DNA from: a virus
DNA: 64,000 nt
Direction: 5' to 3' (one strand)
Virus record (IMG/VR): IMGVR_UViG_3300043411_001575
Span: 32,001-96,000 of that record
Positions within the stretch are counted from its first letter, which is position 1; each line of letters starts with the position of its first letter. Position numbers and translations under genes: made by a program. The notes beneath the pieces are model-generated. The model was not told the DNA's origin and did no database searches. It saw nothing but the letters and a program-made list of their open reading frames with translations. This document shows positions 19,215 to 28,886 of the stretch, in pieces.

Positions 19215-19433
19215 TTATTTATCTTCTACTTTTTTAATTATTTCACACCATTCAGCTATGAAATCAGTTTCTTCACCTGATTCTAAGCGAACATAAACAC
19301 GATTATTATCCAAGAAGCCATACCCAATAATTTCTCCTTTAGATGAAGTTCCAAATGCTTTTTGCTCGACAATATCACCTACTCTTAAACCATAGTAGCG
19401 ACTTCTGTTTTCGTTATCAAATTCTTTTTGCAT
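19215..19433 (-). CDS. hypothetical protein (SH3-like)
   Basis: ORF; LRVGDIV. Confidence 0.65.
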   Translation of the reverse strand: MQKEFDNENRSRYYGLRVGDIVEQKAFGTSSKGEIIGYGFLDNNRVYVRLESGEETDFIAEWCEIIKKVEDK

Positions 19434-19434
19434 T

Positions 19435-20301
19435 TTAATCCTCCTCAGATAAAACAGGTTCTAACTCTAATTCAAGAAGAGTAGCTAGTTTTTGTTTTTC
19501 TTCTTCTGTTACTTCAATTAATTCTTCTTCATCCCATTTTTCACACAATGTTTTAGTTGGAAGAGAAGTTGGAGAAAAGAACTTATGCTCAATACCATTT
19601 TCATCAATTACAGTAATGATAGTTGTTCCACCATCTCTGTATCTAGTAAAGTTTTTAACTTCAAATTCTTTTACAACTTCATTTTCAATGACAAAAAATC
19701 TGTGGTTTTTATATTGGGAATTGTAAGCAGGTGAATCAACTAAAAAATATTTAGGGTTTTCATCTTTTGTCTTGAAACAATATTGAATTTTTCTAACATC
19801 TTCAGGTATTTTCAAAAACGTCATAGATAAAGCTTTTTCTATCTGTTCGAAATTTACAAAAGTTTCATTTGGGTATGGATGATTAAATGGATTACCCTTG
19901 TCGTAACTAGCAGCTTTTTTCATGAAATTAAATTCAGGTGTCCAATCCATCCTACCAATTAAAAGTATTAAATTATCACCATGTGAATAAACTGTAAATT
20001 GTGATTTATGCACATCATACCAAACGTTTTTACCATCTGCTTGTTTCATATCTCCACGACCTGAACCAAATCCACCACCAATCATTTCAACAAAATAATC
20101 TGTTTTAGGAAATCTAATGTAAACTTGATGGTCTCCACCTTCTAAACCGAATCTTAACAACTCAAAATATTCTTGTGCCGTTTCTCTGTTTTCATCTTCA
20201 ACATCTGTGAAGTAAATAGCAGTATTTTTTAAATCAGAACTTCTAAAAAGTTCCACATCTCTTCCTTTGAATTGTGATAAATCACCGAATTGTTTTTCCA
20301 T
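19435..20301 (-). CDS. hypothetical protein
   Basis: 288-aa ORF. Confidence 0.8.
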   Translation of the reverse strand: MEKQFGDLSQFKGRDVELFRSSDLKNTAIYFTDVEDENRETAQEYFELLRFGLEGGDHQVYIRFPKTDYFVEMIGGGFGSGRGDMKQADGKNVWYDVHKSQFTVYSHGDNLILLIGRMDWTPEFNFMKKAASYDKGNPFNHPYPNETFVNFEQIEKALSMTFLKIPEDVRKIQYCFKTKDENPKYFLVDSPAYNSQYKNHRFFVIENEVVKEFEVKNFTRYRDGGTTIITVIDENGIEHKFFSPTSLPTKTLCEKWDEEELIEVTEEEKQKLATLLELELEPVLSEED

Positions 20302-20325
20302 TTTGTTTTCTTTTAATTTAAATTT

Positions 20326-20724
20326 TTAAATATTTTCAAGTTTTTTCAACTCTTTCAATTTTTCATCTCGAAGCTTTCTTACTTCAGATAAAATTAATTC
20401 TTTTGTTTCTTCTAAAGAATATAATTCAGAATGCGCACCTATACCTCCTACAAACATGAATTTATGTTTATACCTATCTCTTATGAATCTAACTGAAAAC
20501 AAAATTGCATCATTAATAAAATGTTCAACTGAATAAAGAGAGTCAATATGTTTATCATAATCTGAATAGTGAACATCCTGATAAGTTGAACTTTCTTTCC
20601 AATAGTGTCCTACTCTAAATCCGATAGAGCGAATCCACCTGTCGAACTCATTGTATTTATCCAAGAAAGCTTGTCTTTCTTCTCTTTCTTTAATTGCTGA
20701 TGTTTTGTATTTTTTCTTTGCCAT
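20326..20724 (-). CDS. hypothetical protein
   Basis: ORF in operon. Confidence 0.7.
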   Translation of the reverse strand: MAKKKYKTSAIKEREERQAFLDKYNEFDRWIRSIGFRVGHYWKESSTYQDVHYSDYDKHIDSLYSVEHFINDAILFSVRFIRDRYKHKFMFVGGIGAHSELYSLEETKELILSEVRKLRDEKLKELKKLENI

Positions 20725-20726
20725 AA

Positions 20727-21092
20727 TTATCCAATTTGATTTTTAATAATTTCTTGTTTTGTCATATACTCATCAAATGCATTCATGAAAGCTAATACAT
20801 CATCATCGTAATCTGAATCAGGGTCGTAATAATCAAAATCTAACTTATGTGATATTTCTTTTGAAAAAATCATATCATATTTATTCTTCCATGATAAATC
20901 AGATGCAGCAATTTTTTTAGCTCTTTCGTATATAGCAACTTTTTCACCATAAGTTAATTCAACTTCATTCATTGATTCTTTTGTAGACTCAATAACATCA
21001 TTAACTAAAGTTAATATTTCATCTGTGAACCATTCACTTTCGAAATCATAACCTAATTTCTTTTCTAATATTTTTTTTACTTTCTCATCCAT
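20727..21092 (-). CDS. hypothetical protein
   Basis: ORF in operon. Confidence 0.7.
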   Translation of the reverse strand: MDEKVKKILEKKLGYDFESEWFTDEILTLVNDVIESTKESMNEVELTYGEKVAIYERAKKIAASDLSWKNKYDMIFSKEISHKLDFDYYDPDSDYDDDVLAFMNAFDEYMTKQEIIKNQIG

Positions 21093-21094
21093 GA

Positions 21095-21646
21095 TTATTT
21101 ATTTTCAATTTTATACTCGGTTCTAATTTTTGATGGAGAATAACTAATAGCAGGTAAAGTTTTAATAAATTGATTTAACTCATCTAGTTTATCTTGTAGT
21201 TCTTTTGGTATATCTCCATCTTCAGGCAATTTATCCTCCCAAATACTACTATCAATATTATCCAAATAATTTGAATCGCAAATTACAAGCATAAGGTCTT
21301 TTGGGTCAACTTCTGAGTCTTCACAAAAATCATCAATCTCATCAATATTATAAAAATATTTACTATAGTTCTCAGAATAAACAGGCTGTTTACCATCCCA
21401 CTCTTGAAAAGTATAAGCTTTATATCTTTCTACAGCCGATTTACTTATACAAAAATCACATTTAGTCCAACCTTTAGTTACCTTGTTCCCACACTCACAT
21501 TTATTATGAGTAGAACCATCATGACGAGCAGTACGTTCATCAGAGCCATAAAATCTACCATTACGACTTACCCATCCTGTTACTGTCATTTTTTTTGCAG
21601 CAATTTCATCATCAGGGAATACTACTAATTCTTTTTCCTTTTCCAT
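21095..21646 (-). CDS. hypothetical phage protein with Zn ribbon
   Basis: TVTGWVSRNGRFYG..ERTAR...THNKCECG...CDFC. Confidence 0.75.
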   Translation of the reverse strand: MEKEKELVVFPDDEIAAKKMTVTGWVSRNGRFYGSDERTARHDGSTHNKCECGNKVTKGWTKCDFCISKSAVERYKAYTFQEWDGKQPVYSENYSKYFYNIDEIDDFCEDSEVDPKDLMLVICDSNYLDNIDSSIWEDKLPEDGDIPKELQDKLDELNQFIKTLPAISYSPSKIRTEYKIENK

Positions 21647-21660
21647 TCTTTTTTTTTTAA

Positions 21661-21867
21661 TTAAGATTGCTCAGGCAAATTATTAAATTCTTCTTCTGTC
21701 ATCATTACGGGAGTAACAGTGTATTGTAAATCATCAATCTCATATTTACCATCATCTGTTTCAACATCGAAATCTGCTAAAATTATTTCTTCTGCTCTTG
21801 AAATATCTTTAATAGTTACTGATAAATCTCCGTTGCTTTCTACAAGCCAATATAATTTCTTTTCCAT
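21661..21867 (-). CDS. hypothetical protein
   Basis: ORF in operon. Confidence 0.65.
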   Translation of the reverse strand: MEKKLYWLVESNGDLSVTIKDISRAEEIILADFDVETDDGKYEIDDLQYTVTPVMMTEEEFNNLPEQS

Positions 21868-21883
21868 TTTTAGTTTTTATAGT

Positions 21884-22081
21884 TTATAATAATGAAAGTA
21901 TTTCATGATATTTGTTAGTTAATCTTACAAGTTCTTCAAAATCTTTTTTTGAAAAATCTTTAAATTCATCTATATTATCAATGTTATCAAGAATTAATTC
22001 CATTTGATTCAAGACTTTAAGAACATCCATTTTATGTATAATTCCTAATTGGATTTTTGCTTCTGAAGTTAGTTTACCCAT
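21884..22081 (-). CDS. hypothetical protein
   Basis: ORF in operon. Confidence 0.6.
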   Translation of the reverse strand: MGKLTSEAKIQLGIIHKMDVLKVLNQMELILDNIDNIDEFKDFSKKDFEELVRLTNKYHEILSLL

Positions 22082-22091
22082 TTTTATTTTT

Positions 22092-22463
22092 TTAGCTAAC
22101 TAAAATTGTTTCTTCAATATAAACAGATGGTCTTCCTCCTGACATCTCTTCATTGTATACCTGAGACTTCTTTTTATCTTCAGCTTTTTCTTTATCAGTA
22201 GTGCATAAGATAAAACCATTATCTCTTGATAAAACGATATAAACTTTTGTATCTTCCATGTATTTATTTTTTAAAAAACTTCTATTAGGTTCTCTTCCAA
22301 ATATTTTTATATAATGTTTAACAGTCCATTTTCTCCACCTTGCGCTCTTTTTATGATGATTTGAAAACAAACAATCTCCACTAGTACATCCGTTTTCTCC
22401 GCCTTCACAAGTAGCACTATTACATAGTTTCACCATAACATATTTTTCTTCTTTACCTTTCAT
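22092..22463 (-). CDS. hypothetical protein
   Basis: ORF in operon. Confidence 0.6.
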   Translation of the reverse strand: MKGKEEKYVMVKLCNSATCEGGENGCTSGDCLFSNHHKKSARWRKWTVKHYIKIFGREPNRSFLKNKYMEDTKVYIVLSRDNGFILCTTDKEKAEDKKKSQVYNEEMSGGRPSVYIEETILVS

Positions 22464-22870
22464 TTTTTAAAAGTTTTTTTATCAATAAATCCATTTCCTT
22501 CTTTAAGTAGTAGTTTGTATTTATCTTCATTGAATATTTTAATGCAATTATTTTGTTCATCATCTAAAGCAACAAAACCTCTTTTTACTATCAAGTGATG
22601 GTGAAAGTTTTTATTCATGCATTCAAGAACTAATAGATTTTTACCATCACGTTTGGCTGAGTATTCAAACCATTCAAAAACATCATCCAAATGACCATTT
22701 CCAATTTCATCATTCATAACAGAAAGGATAAAATAGCTATCACCCGAATCACCCCATTGACCATGACAAGTACCTACTTTGAATAGCATATGTTTTTTAC
22801 CAACAACGCTGTAAGGACTTTGAGCAACTTGGAAGTCTAAGTTATGTTTTGTTTGAATTACGTTTTCCAT
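22460..22870 (-). CDS. GNAT-like protein
   Basis: GNGH motif-A-like segment, N...L..RGF motif-B-like segment. Confidence 0.5.
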   Translation of the reverse strand: MENVIQTKHNLDFQVAQSPYSVVGKKHMLFKVGTCHGQWGDSGDSYFILSVMNDEIGNGHLDDVFEWFEYSAKRDGKNLLVLECMNKNFHHHLIVKRGFVALDDEQNNCIKIFNEDKYKLLLKEGNGFIDKKTFKK

Positions 22871-22872
22871 AA

Positions 22873-23361
22873 TTAAATCAATTTATAAACTCCTAATTCA
22901 ACTAATTCTTCTACTGAGTAATCCAAGTAAGGTAGAGCGTAACCTTTTGATTGTAAAAACTGAAAGCAATAAGCATATTCTAATGGAGAAGTACTAACCG
23001 AGTCTACCGATTTACCAAAAAAAACTTTTGTTGATTCCTTTCCAACTATAACGTACATCTCTTTAAGGTCATCTATATTTTGGTCTTCCCTAATATCCCC
23101 ATCCAATCTTTTTTTGATAATATCACGACCCCAATTTAAATATTTAGCTACCTCAATGGCATCTTCATCAGAAATATTTTGTATTTCATTCAGAATAACC
23201 TGAATATTTGAAAACATATAATGGTCTTCTTGTATTTTAGAACAAGTTTCATATGTAACTTTGAATAAATCGCTAGGCTCAACAATAGCAGGAGTTAAAA
23301 ATCTTTGCCCTATATATTGAGCAAATATCTTAGCTTTTATTTCTTTCGTTATTTCTTTCAT
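22873..23361 (-). CDS. hypothetical protein
   Basis: ORF in operon. Confidence 0.7.
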   Translation of the reverse strand: MKEITKEIKAKIFAQYIGQRFLTPAIVEPSDLFKVTYETCSKIQEDHYMFSNIQVILNEIQNISDEDAIEVAKYLNWGRDIIKKRLDGDIREDQNIDDLKEMYVIVGKESTKVFFGKSVDSVSTSPLEYAYCFQFLQSKGYALPYLDYSVEELVELGVYKLI

Positions 23362-23378
23362 AATTATTTTTAGTTTAA

Positions 23379-23876
23379 CTAAACTTCAAAACAACATTTA
23401 GGATTCATTATTAAAACACTTTCACAATCCCAACCATATAGTGAAATAGGATACGTTAAATGAGTTTCCCCTTGTCCTTTTTCAGTTAACCAAATGGCAT
23501 CACACATTGTTGATAAAAATGAAAAATCAGGATACTCTCTTTTAATTGAACCTAAACCTATATCCAATAGAGGAAGTTCAATAAGGTCTTTTAGGCTATC
23601 AATAAGAATTATCTTAGTATCAGGATTAAACTTCAACTTAAAGCTATTTGATTCATGGCATTGTCTAAATTCAGCACCTTCACACCAATCTTTCCATCCC
23701 CAATTAGAATCAACAGGAGAAGTCCATAAGCCACCTTTAGGTTTAACCCAATTTTCATTTGAAATTGGCTTAATAGATGACTCTATGTATTTTTTTGCTC
23801 CGTAATGAATAACAGTTAGACTACTAACAGCATCAGGATTTGCGAAATTAAGCTTATATTTAGTTTGATTTTCCAT
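23379..23876 (-). CDS. hypothetical phage protein
   Basis: KPKGGLWTSP...YGWDCES. Confidence 0.75.
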   Translation of the reverse strand: MENQTKYKLNFANPDAVSSLTVIHYGAKKYIESSIKPISNENWVKPKGGLWTSPVDSNWGWKDWCEGAEFRQCHESNSFKLKFNPDTKIILIDSLKDLIELPLLDIGLGSIKREYPDFSFLSTMCDAIWLTEKGQGETHLTYPISLYGWDCESVLIMNPKCCFEV

Positions 23877-23882
23877 AACTAA

Positions 23883-24266
23883 TTAATCAATTAATTCAAA
23901 TTCAACAGACTCCGAATAGTAACCATTTGATGAGCCAAACCAACGAATATCTACATATCCTTTTATGGTAGCTAATTTATAGAAAGTCCAAGTGTAAGAA
24001 TCATAACTAGAAGAATTTTTACCTTCATCTGATTCAGCATATTTTTTTTCAAAATCTTCGTTGCTAACTTGTTCAGATAACAAAATTGGACTGCCAACTA
24101 AATCTTGTAAATCACCATTAATATCATCAATCATTACGTTTTCGCAACAATCCTGAGAGTGATACATTTTGTATTGTAAACCTTCTGACGTAACGAAAAT
24201 TATTTCATCATTCCCATCATTAATCACAGAGGTAAGTGTTTTACCAACTAGAACTGAAACATCCAT
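23883..24266 (-). CDS. conserved hypothetical phage protein
   Basis: HSQDCCE, TWTFYKLAT.KG.V.IRW.G.SNGYYSE. Confidence 0.8.
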   Translation of the reverse strand: MDVSVLVGKTLTSVINDGNDEIIFVTSEGLQYKMYHSQDCCENVMIDDINGDLQDLVGSPILLSEQVSNEDFEKKYAESDEGKNSSSYDSYTWTFYKLATIKGYVDIRWFGSSNGYYSESVEFELID

Positions 24267-24281
24267 AATTGTTTTTAGTAT

Positions 24282-24338
24282 TTGACCATTGCAAATATAA
24301 TAACATTTTTGATATTACAAGCAAAAAAGATATTAACA
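24282..24338 (-). promoter_or_regulatory. promoter of the 24.3-16.1 kb minus operon
   Basis: Minus strand TGTTAATA...TATATTTGCAATGGTCAAAT, near-identical to the + strand promoter at 44963-45020. Confidence 0.75.
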
Positions 24339-24349
24339 ATTTTATAGAG

Positions 24350-24423
24350 TGACTATACAAGGACTCCAACCTTGAATCTTCGAGTTCGTAGCCCGATATG
24401 TTATGCGATTACACTATATAGTC
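24350..24423 (-). tRNA. tRNA-Arg(ACG)
   Basis: TCGGG-CT ACG AA-CTCGA; GACTATA/TATAGTC acceptor. Confidence 0.85.
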
Positions 24424-25487
24424 ATTTGTTTTTTATATCTCCTTACCCAAGAAGTAGCTCCACTCTTAGTTAGTCCAAATAAATTCATTATTTTTTTAAC
24501 TATTTTTTTATCATTTATATTAATGTTGTTTTCAGTTAAAATTTGAATTCTATTCTTATTGAACTTAATTGATTCATCTTTCATATTGTCAAAGTATCCT
24601 GATTTAGAACCATATTTCCTAGCCCTTGACAATCCATTTCTATCAGTCTTTTTAAAACACTTTGATTCATAAAAGTCAGGCATAAATTTAGACATCCATC
24701 CTTTAACTTTTTGTGGTATTAAGTCTGTTATTTCACTAACTCTCTTTGCCCATCCAAACTTAGAAAAATCAATATCTGAATTACTTATTATTTCTATTCT
24801 TTTAGAATGTATATTTTTAAAATTAAACTCATTAATACAATCAGTATATTCTTTACGTGATTTACTTTTAAATACTTCTTTTTTCTGTTTAATATAAAAA
24901 GAATAGTCAATATTACCCATATAATATTCATTCTTTAATCCTGAAATTAAATCACTTACAAATGATTTTTTATATATATTTGAATAGTGTATATCAAATA
25001 ATTTCCATCCTAATTCCTCTATTTCTTCTTTTCTTTTTTGATAATATTCTTTTAGAGAACCATCTCTATTATAATGTTGATTTCCATTTACCTCTATACC
25101 TATTTTTTTATCAGGGAATGCAATATCAATACTAAAAAACCTATTATCTAATGGTTTATACTCTTCTACAAAACTAATATCATTTTCAATAAATAACTTT
25201 TTTAAAATTTCACATGGTACAGATTTTAATTTTTCACTTCGTTTCCAAACGCATTTTTCAGGATTTTCTCGTAGATATAAAGACATTTTCAAACTTAAAT
25301 GCTTTCTTAATTCATCACTATGTTTTATTTTATGTTTTATTTTTTTGATGAAACCTTCTCTTTCAGCTCTATTTAATACATTTTTACCAATACCAAATTT
25401 TTTTGTTATTTTAGTCCAAAGTAATCCATTCTCATGTTCTGATTTAATTAAATCCCAATCTATTTTTGTTAAATCTAATCTCTTCAT
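24414..25487 (-). CDS. DUF559/Vsr-like PD-(D/E)XK endonuclease; stop codon lies inside tRNA-Arg 5' end
   Basis: IDIAFPDKKIGIEVNGNQHY...LGWKL. Confidence 0.8.
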   Translation of the reverse strand: MKRLDLTKIDWDLIKSEHENGLLWTKITKKFGIGKNVLNRAEREGFIKKIKHKIKHSDELRKHLSLKMSLYLRENPEKCVWKRSEKLKSVPCEILKKLFIENDISFVEEYKPLDNRFFSIDIAFPDKKIGIEVNGNQHYNRDGSLKEYYQKRKEEIEELGWKLFDIHYSNIYKKSFVSDLISGLKNEYYMGNIDYSFYIKQKKEVFKSKSRKEYTDCINEFNFKNIHSKRIEIISNSDIDFSKFGWAKRVSEITDLIPQKVKGWMSKFMPDFYESKCFKKTDRNGLSRARKYGSKSGYFDNMKDESIKFNKNRIQILTENNININDKKIVKKIMNLFGLTKSGATSWVRRYKKQMTI

Positions 25488-25527
25488 AATATTTATTTTT
25501 ATACAAATATATGAATATTATTTTTAG

Positions 25528-25617
25528 AATCCCCGATAGGAGTCGAACCTACATTATTCTTTTAAAAAGAAAGCAAAATTAGAAGTTTTGTGCATTATCC
25601 ATTTATGCTACGGGGAC
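25528..25617 (-). tRNA. tRNA-Arg(UCU) with extended variable arm
   Basis: CAAAA-CT TCT AA-TTTTG; extra TTCTTT/AAAGAA stem. Confidence 0.85.
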
Positions 25618-25691
25618 ATATATTTATCTACCTCTTCGCAATCTGCGAGAAGTAAAAAAAGTTTTTATGTGCCTTGTAGTTAACATTGAAT

Positions 25692-26093
25692 TTAATTTTT
25701 GATATGTTTATTAAAGGATAACATTAATCCATTTATATTTTCTTTTCCAACAGGATTAGCACTTTGAATATTATACAATGGTAATTTTAATTTATTATCC
25801 AAACAATATTCTACTAACCATTTAGCGCAATCATATCCTGTTTTTTCTTCTTTCTTTAATAATCTTGATTTTCTTTTACTCATTCCTTTTGCCCTAGCTT
25901 CTAAAGCAACTTCCATTCCTAAATCATGGTCAAAACAAATAGCTTCAGGTAATCCATTTTGGTTAATCCAATCAACAAATTCATTATAAGATTTAACCCA
26001 AATACAATCAAAAGGTTTTTCAATCGGACTATATGAAAGCCAATCTCCTTCAAAAGGATTTCTCAAATCATCTAACCATAAAAGTTTTTTCAT
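25692..26093 (-). CDS. cyclic-phosphate-processing receiver-like domain protein
   Basis: LWLDDLRNP, FDHDLG, TGYDCAKWLVE, SANPVG. Confidence 0.8.
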   Translation of the reverse strand: MKKLLWLDDLRNPFEGDWLSYSPIEKPFDCIWVKSYNEFVDWINQNGLPEAICFDHDLGMEVALEARAKGMSKRKSRLLKKEEKTGYDCAKWLVEYCLDNKLKLPLYNIQSANPVGKENINGLMLSFNKHIKN

Positions 26094-26107
26094 TTTAAAA
26101 ATATTTG

Positions 26108-26180
26108 TGGCTCAGGGGGAACTCGAATCCCCAACCCTCGCATTAAAAGTGCGATGCTCTACCGATTAAGCTACTGAACC
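26108..26180 (-). tRNA. tRNA-Lys(UUU)
   Basis: TCGCA-CT TTT AA-TGCGA. Confidence 0.92.
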
Positions 26181-26270
26181 ATATTAATAATTACTTACTC
26201 TTTCGCTTTCGCAAAAAAGAAGATAAAGATTTTATGTTTCTCGTAACTAACATTGTTTTATTTTTTTATG

Positions 26271-26342
26271 TACCCGTTGATAGAATCGAACTACCGACAT
26301 AATCCATGTAAGGGATTCGCTCTACCCCTGAGCTAAACGGGC
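26271..26342 (-). tRNA. tRNA-Val(UAC)
   Basis: AATCC-CT TAC AT-GGATT. Confidence 0.92.
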
Positions 26343-26352
26343 ATTTATTTTG

Positions 26353-26426
26353 TGGAGCGTACAGGATTCAAACCTGTGTAATCTTTCGTGCAAGGAAAGT
26401 GCATAGTCGGACTCTGCCAACACCCC
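26353..26426 (-). tRNA. tRNA-Ala(UGC)
   Basis: CTTTC-CT TGC AC-GAAAG; G3-U70. Confidence 0.9.
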
Positions 26427-26432
26427 ATTTTG

Positions 26433-26505
26433 TGTTCCCTACTTGAATCGAACAAGTGACCTCTCGGTTATGAGCCGAATGCTTCTACCCCTGAGCTAAA
26501 GGAAC
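26433..26505 (-). tRNA. tRNA CAU, probably Ile2 (lysidine)
   Basis: TCGG-CT CAT AA-CCGA; third CAU tRNA; the operon's leader contains an ATA codon. Confidence 0.8.
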
Positions 26506-26514
26506 TAATTAATA

Positions 26515-26760
26515 TTATTCTCTCAATGCATCTCTTATAACTTTATTCTTCTGTGTACGTTTATATTTGTTATATCCGCTACATCCAAAACAATTACAAG
26601 GTCTGCTTGTTGTTTTCAAAAAAGTATAACCATTTCCTGTTAATGCTTTCTTAATTTCTTTTTCGTCATTCCAAGATGGATGAGCGAACCAATTTTTTAC
26701 TCTTCTTTTAAATTTTGTTTCTTGTTTATGCCTATTGTAGGCACGACTTAAATTTTTCAT
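26515..26760 (-). CDS. small basic protein with CxCxxC
   Basis: PCNCFGC; within tRNA operon. Confidence 0.65.
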   Translation of the reverse strand: MKNLSRAYNRHKQETKFKRRVKNWFAHPSWNDEKEIKKALTGNGYTFLKTTSRPCNCFGCSGYNKYKRTQKNKVIRDALRE

Positions 26761-26833
26761 AGCTTCAAGGTTATCACCACTAGCGTAGCTTGGCTAATGG
26801 CTTATAGTTTGAATCTATGTTCTTTTATTGTTT

Positions 26834-27355
26834 TCATTTTTTAGCCTCGATTGATTTTTTAATAATAAAACTTATAGTTCCTTTGCTTTTAATATTTAGT
26901 TTTTCAGCTATTTGCTTATACGAAAGTCCTTCAATATGTAATTTAATTATCTCTTCATGATTGTGCTTCTTTACAAATGAAGTAGCTCTTAAAGCCATTT
27001 TCATTCTAACATCAGAAGGTTTATCCATATTGTTTTCTGAAGCTGTTCCTATTAAAATATTGTCTTTTGAATTATCTTTTTTATTCCCATTTAAATGCCT
27101 AACATGTACACCTTTTTTAAATATTTCATCTCCATATTTTTGATAAGCTACAAGACGATGTACCGAAACTTGTTTTGAAACAGATTTACCATCTATCAAT
27201 ATTCTTCTTGAAATATAGTAATATTTAGTCGTTGTATTAGTGGATAAATTATGCTTTCTTTTTTTATAAAAAACATTCCCTTCTTCATCAACCTTATATC
27301 CTACTCTAACAGCCTCTAATAAAGCTAATGTAGATATTGATTCTTTTATTTTCAT
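26834..27355 (-). CDS. HNH endonuclease with C-terminal HTH
   Basis: VHRLVAY...VRHLNGNKKDN..DN...GTASEN. Confidence 0.9.
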   Translation of the reverse strand: MKIKESISTLALLEAVRVGYKVDEEGNVFYKKRKHNLSTNTTTKYYYISRRILIDGKSVSKQVSVHRLVAYQKYGDEIFKKGVHVRHLNGNKKDNSKDNILIGTASENNMDKPSDVRMKMALRATSFVKKHNHEEIIKLHIEGLSYKQIAEKLNIKSKGTISFIIKKSIEAKK

Positions 27356-27368
27356 TTTGTTATTTTTG

Positions 27369-27442
27369 AGATAATGACCTGAATCGAACAGGTATTTCAG
27401 GTTTTGCAGACCTGTGCCAAAGCCAATATTAGCTACATTATC
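27369..27442 (-). tRNA. tRNA-Cys(GCA)
   Basis: CAGGT-CT GCA AA-ACCTG; U73. Confidence 0.88.
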
Positions 27443-27451
27443 TTTTTATTG

Positions 27452-27524
27452 AGCGAGTAGAGTGAATCGAACACTCATTTCCTGATTGGAAGTCAGGAGT
27501 AATAACACATTATACTATACTCGC
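27452..27524 (-). tRNA. tRNA-Gly(UCC)
   Basis: CCTGA-CT TCC AA-TCAGG; GCG start; U73. Confidence 0.92.
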
Positions 27525-27528
27525 ATTT

Positions 27529-27693
27529 TTGTTATTGGATTCCGTGAGGACAACGTGTACGCAGGTCGTTACCTTCATTATTCTGTCGTTCACAAATGAG
27601 AATCAAATGTATTTACGGATAATTCTGACTACAAAAATTAATTTGCACAGCTTATCAATGGTTGCGCTTACAGGAGCGGATTACCAATAACAA
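27529..27693 (-). ncRNA. candidate structured RNA of about 165 nt in tRNA operon
   Basis: Closed by TTGTTATTGG/CCAATAACAA stem; non-coding; between tRNA-Glu and tRNA-Gly. Confidence 0.45.
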
Positions 27694-27726
27694 TATTTTT
27701 ATTTTCAAAGAACTTAATTTTGTTAG

Positions 27727-27801
27727 TCACCCGTAGCGTGGTCGAAACGCTTTTTAATGGTTGAAAACCATTTGTCCTAACCTACCGTAGACGAACGGGC
27801 G
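27727..27801 (-). tRNA. tRNA-Glu(UUC)
   Basis: AATGG-TT TTC AA-CCATT; TCGTCTA D arm. Confidence 0.88.
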
Positions 27802-28042
27802 TTTTTGAATACCTCAAATGCCTCGTCCGATTCTGTTTTTTCTAATTTTGTTTTCATAATGTTTTTATTTTTTTAATCCAATTATCAGTGGATGCTGTTT
27901 TAAATTTATTTTCAAATTCAACCTCTTTAATTTCTTTGTGAGGTTTTATTTCTGTGTACTTTAATTCTTCTTTTACTACTCTTCCTTTTCTCTTTTTAAC
28001 TAATGGTTTCTTTTCTTCGCTATGAATGTTTCCTTCGCATTT

Positions 28043-28273
28043 TTATTTTTTAGGAGATAGCCAAACTTTTAACCTATTTAAATACCAATCATCTGATTGT
28101 TTTAAGCTCCTATGAGATTCATGCCTATCAACGTCGTGCATCCATCTTTTAAAGATATTATACTTCGCTACTGGGAACTTTTTTTTAATTGAACTATCAA
28201 ATTCAATTTGAGCCATAATTCCTGTAAGTTTTAAATATTTTTTTCCGTAATCTAAATATTCTTCTTTTGTCAT
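28043..28273 (-). CDS. hypothetical protein
   Basis: ORF with A-rich leader. Confidence 0.6.
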   Translation of the reverse strand: MTKEEYLDYGKKYLKLTGIMAQIEFDSSIKKKFPVAKYNIFKRWMHDVDRHESHRSLKQSDDWYLNRLKVWLSPKK

Positions 28274-28292
28274 TTTTTTTGTTTTAAAATTG

Positions 28293-28490
28293 TTATTGCA
28301 AATATATGTAATTTAAACTAATCCGTACAAAATCCTGCTTGGCATCCGCTGCCTGTTCCAAAGTTAAAATCCTGTGCAACCCTATTTTTTTAAATTCAAA
28401 GTAACTACCTTCTTTTTTCCATTCACATTTTGTAGTGCCACATCTTTGCTTCTGACCTATTCTGCAAAATTCAATTTCATTTAACCCCAT
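28293..28490 (-). CDS. hypothetical protein
   Basis: ORF with A-rich leader. Confidence 0.45.
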   Translation of the reverse strand: MGLNEIEFCRIGQKQRCGTTKCEWKKEGSYFEFKKIGLHRILTLEQAADAKQDFVRISLNYIYLQ

Positions 28491-28691
28491 TGTATTTTTT
28501 TTATTTTAATACCACTGAGCAATGGAGAGCAATTCATTTCATTTATCTTCATTATTTGCAAATAACAAAGGACTACTTTACTCTGCTCTTTACCCACTAC
28601 TCAATATTTTAAGAGTACAATTCAAGCTAACTTCCTACACTGAACACCGCTTCAGCAAGGCTTTGAGCCTATTTTAAATTATACTCTTTTG

Positions 28692-28776
28692 CACAAGCGG
28701 TAGGAGTCGAACCTACACATCCCTTTCGGGCAACAGATTTGGAGTCTATCCATCTCTCCATTGTATTAGCACTTGC
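28692..28776 (-). tRNA. tRNA-Trp(CCA) with long variable arm
   Basis: ATAGA-CT CCA AA-TCTGT; CCC-GAAA-GGG variable arm; G73. Confidence 0.8.
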
Positions 28777-28786
28777 GTTTTTTTTG

Positions 28787-28861
28787 CAGTTATGATGGGA
28801 TTTGAACCCACGACCTCTACCGTGACAGGGTAGCATTCTAACCGAGCTGAACTACATAACT
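28787..28861 (-). tRNA. tRNA-Asp(GUC)
   Basis: CTACC-CT GTC AC-GGTAG; G73. Confidence 0.93.
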
Positions 28862-28886
28862 ATTTTTTATTTTAAAGAACTATTTG

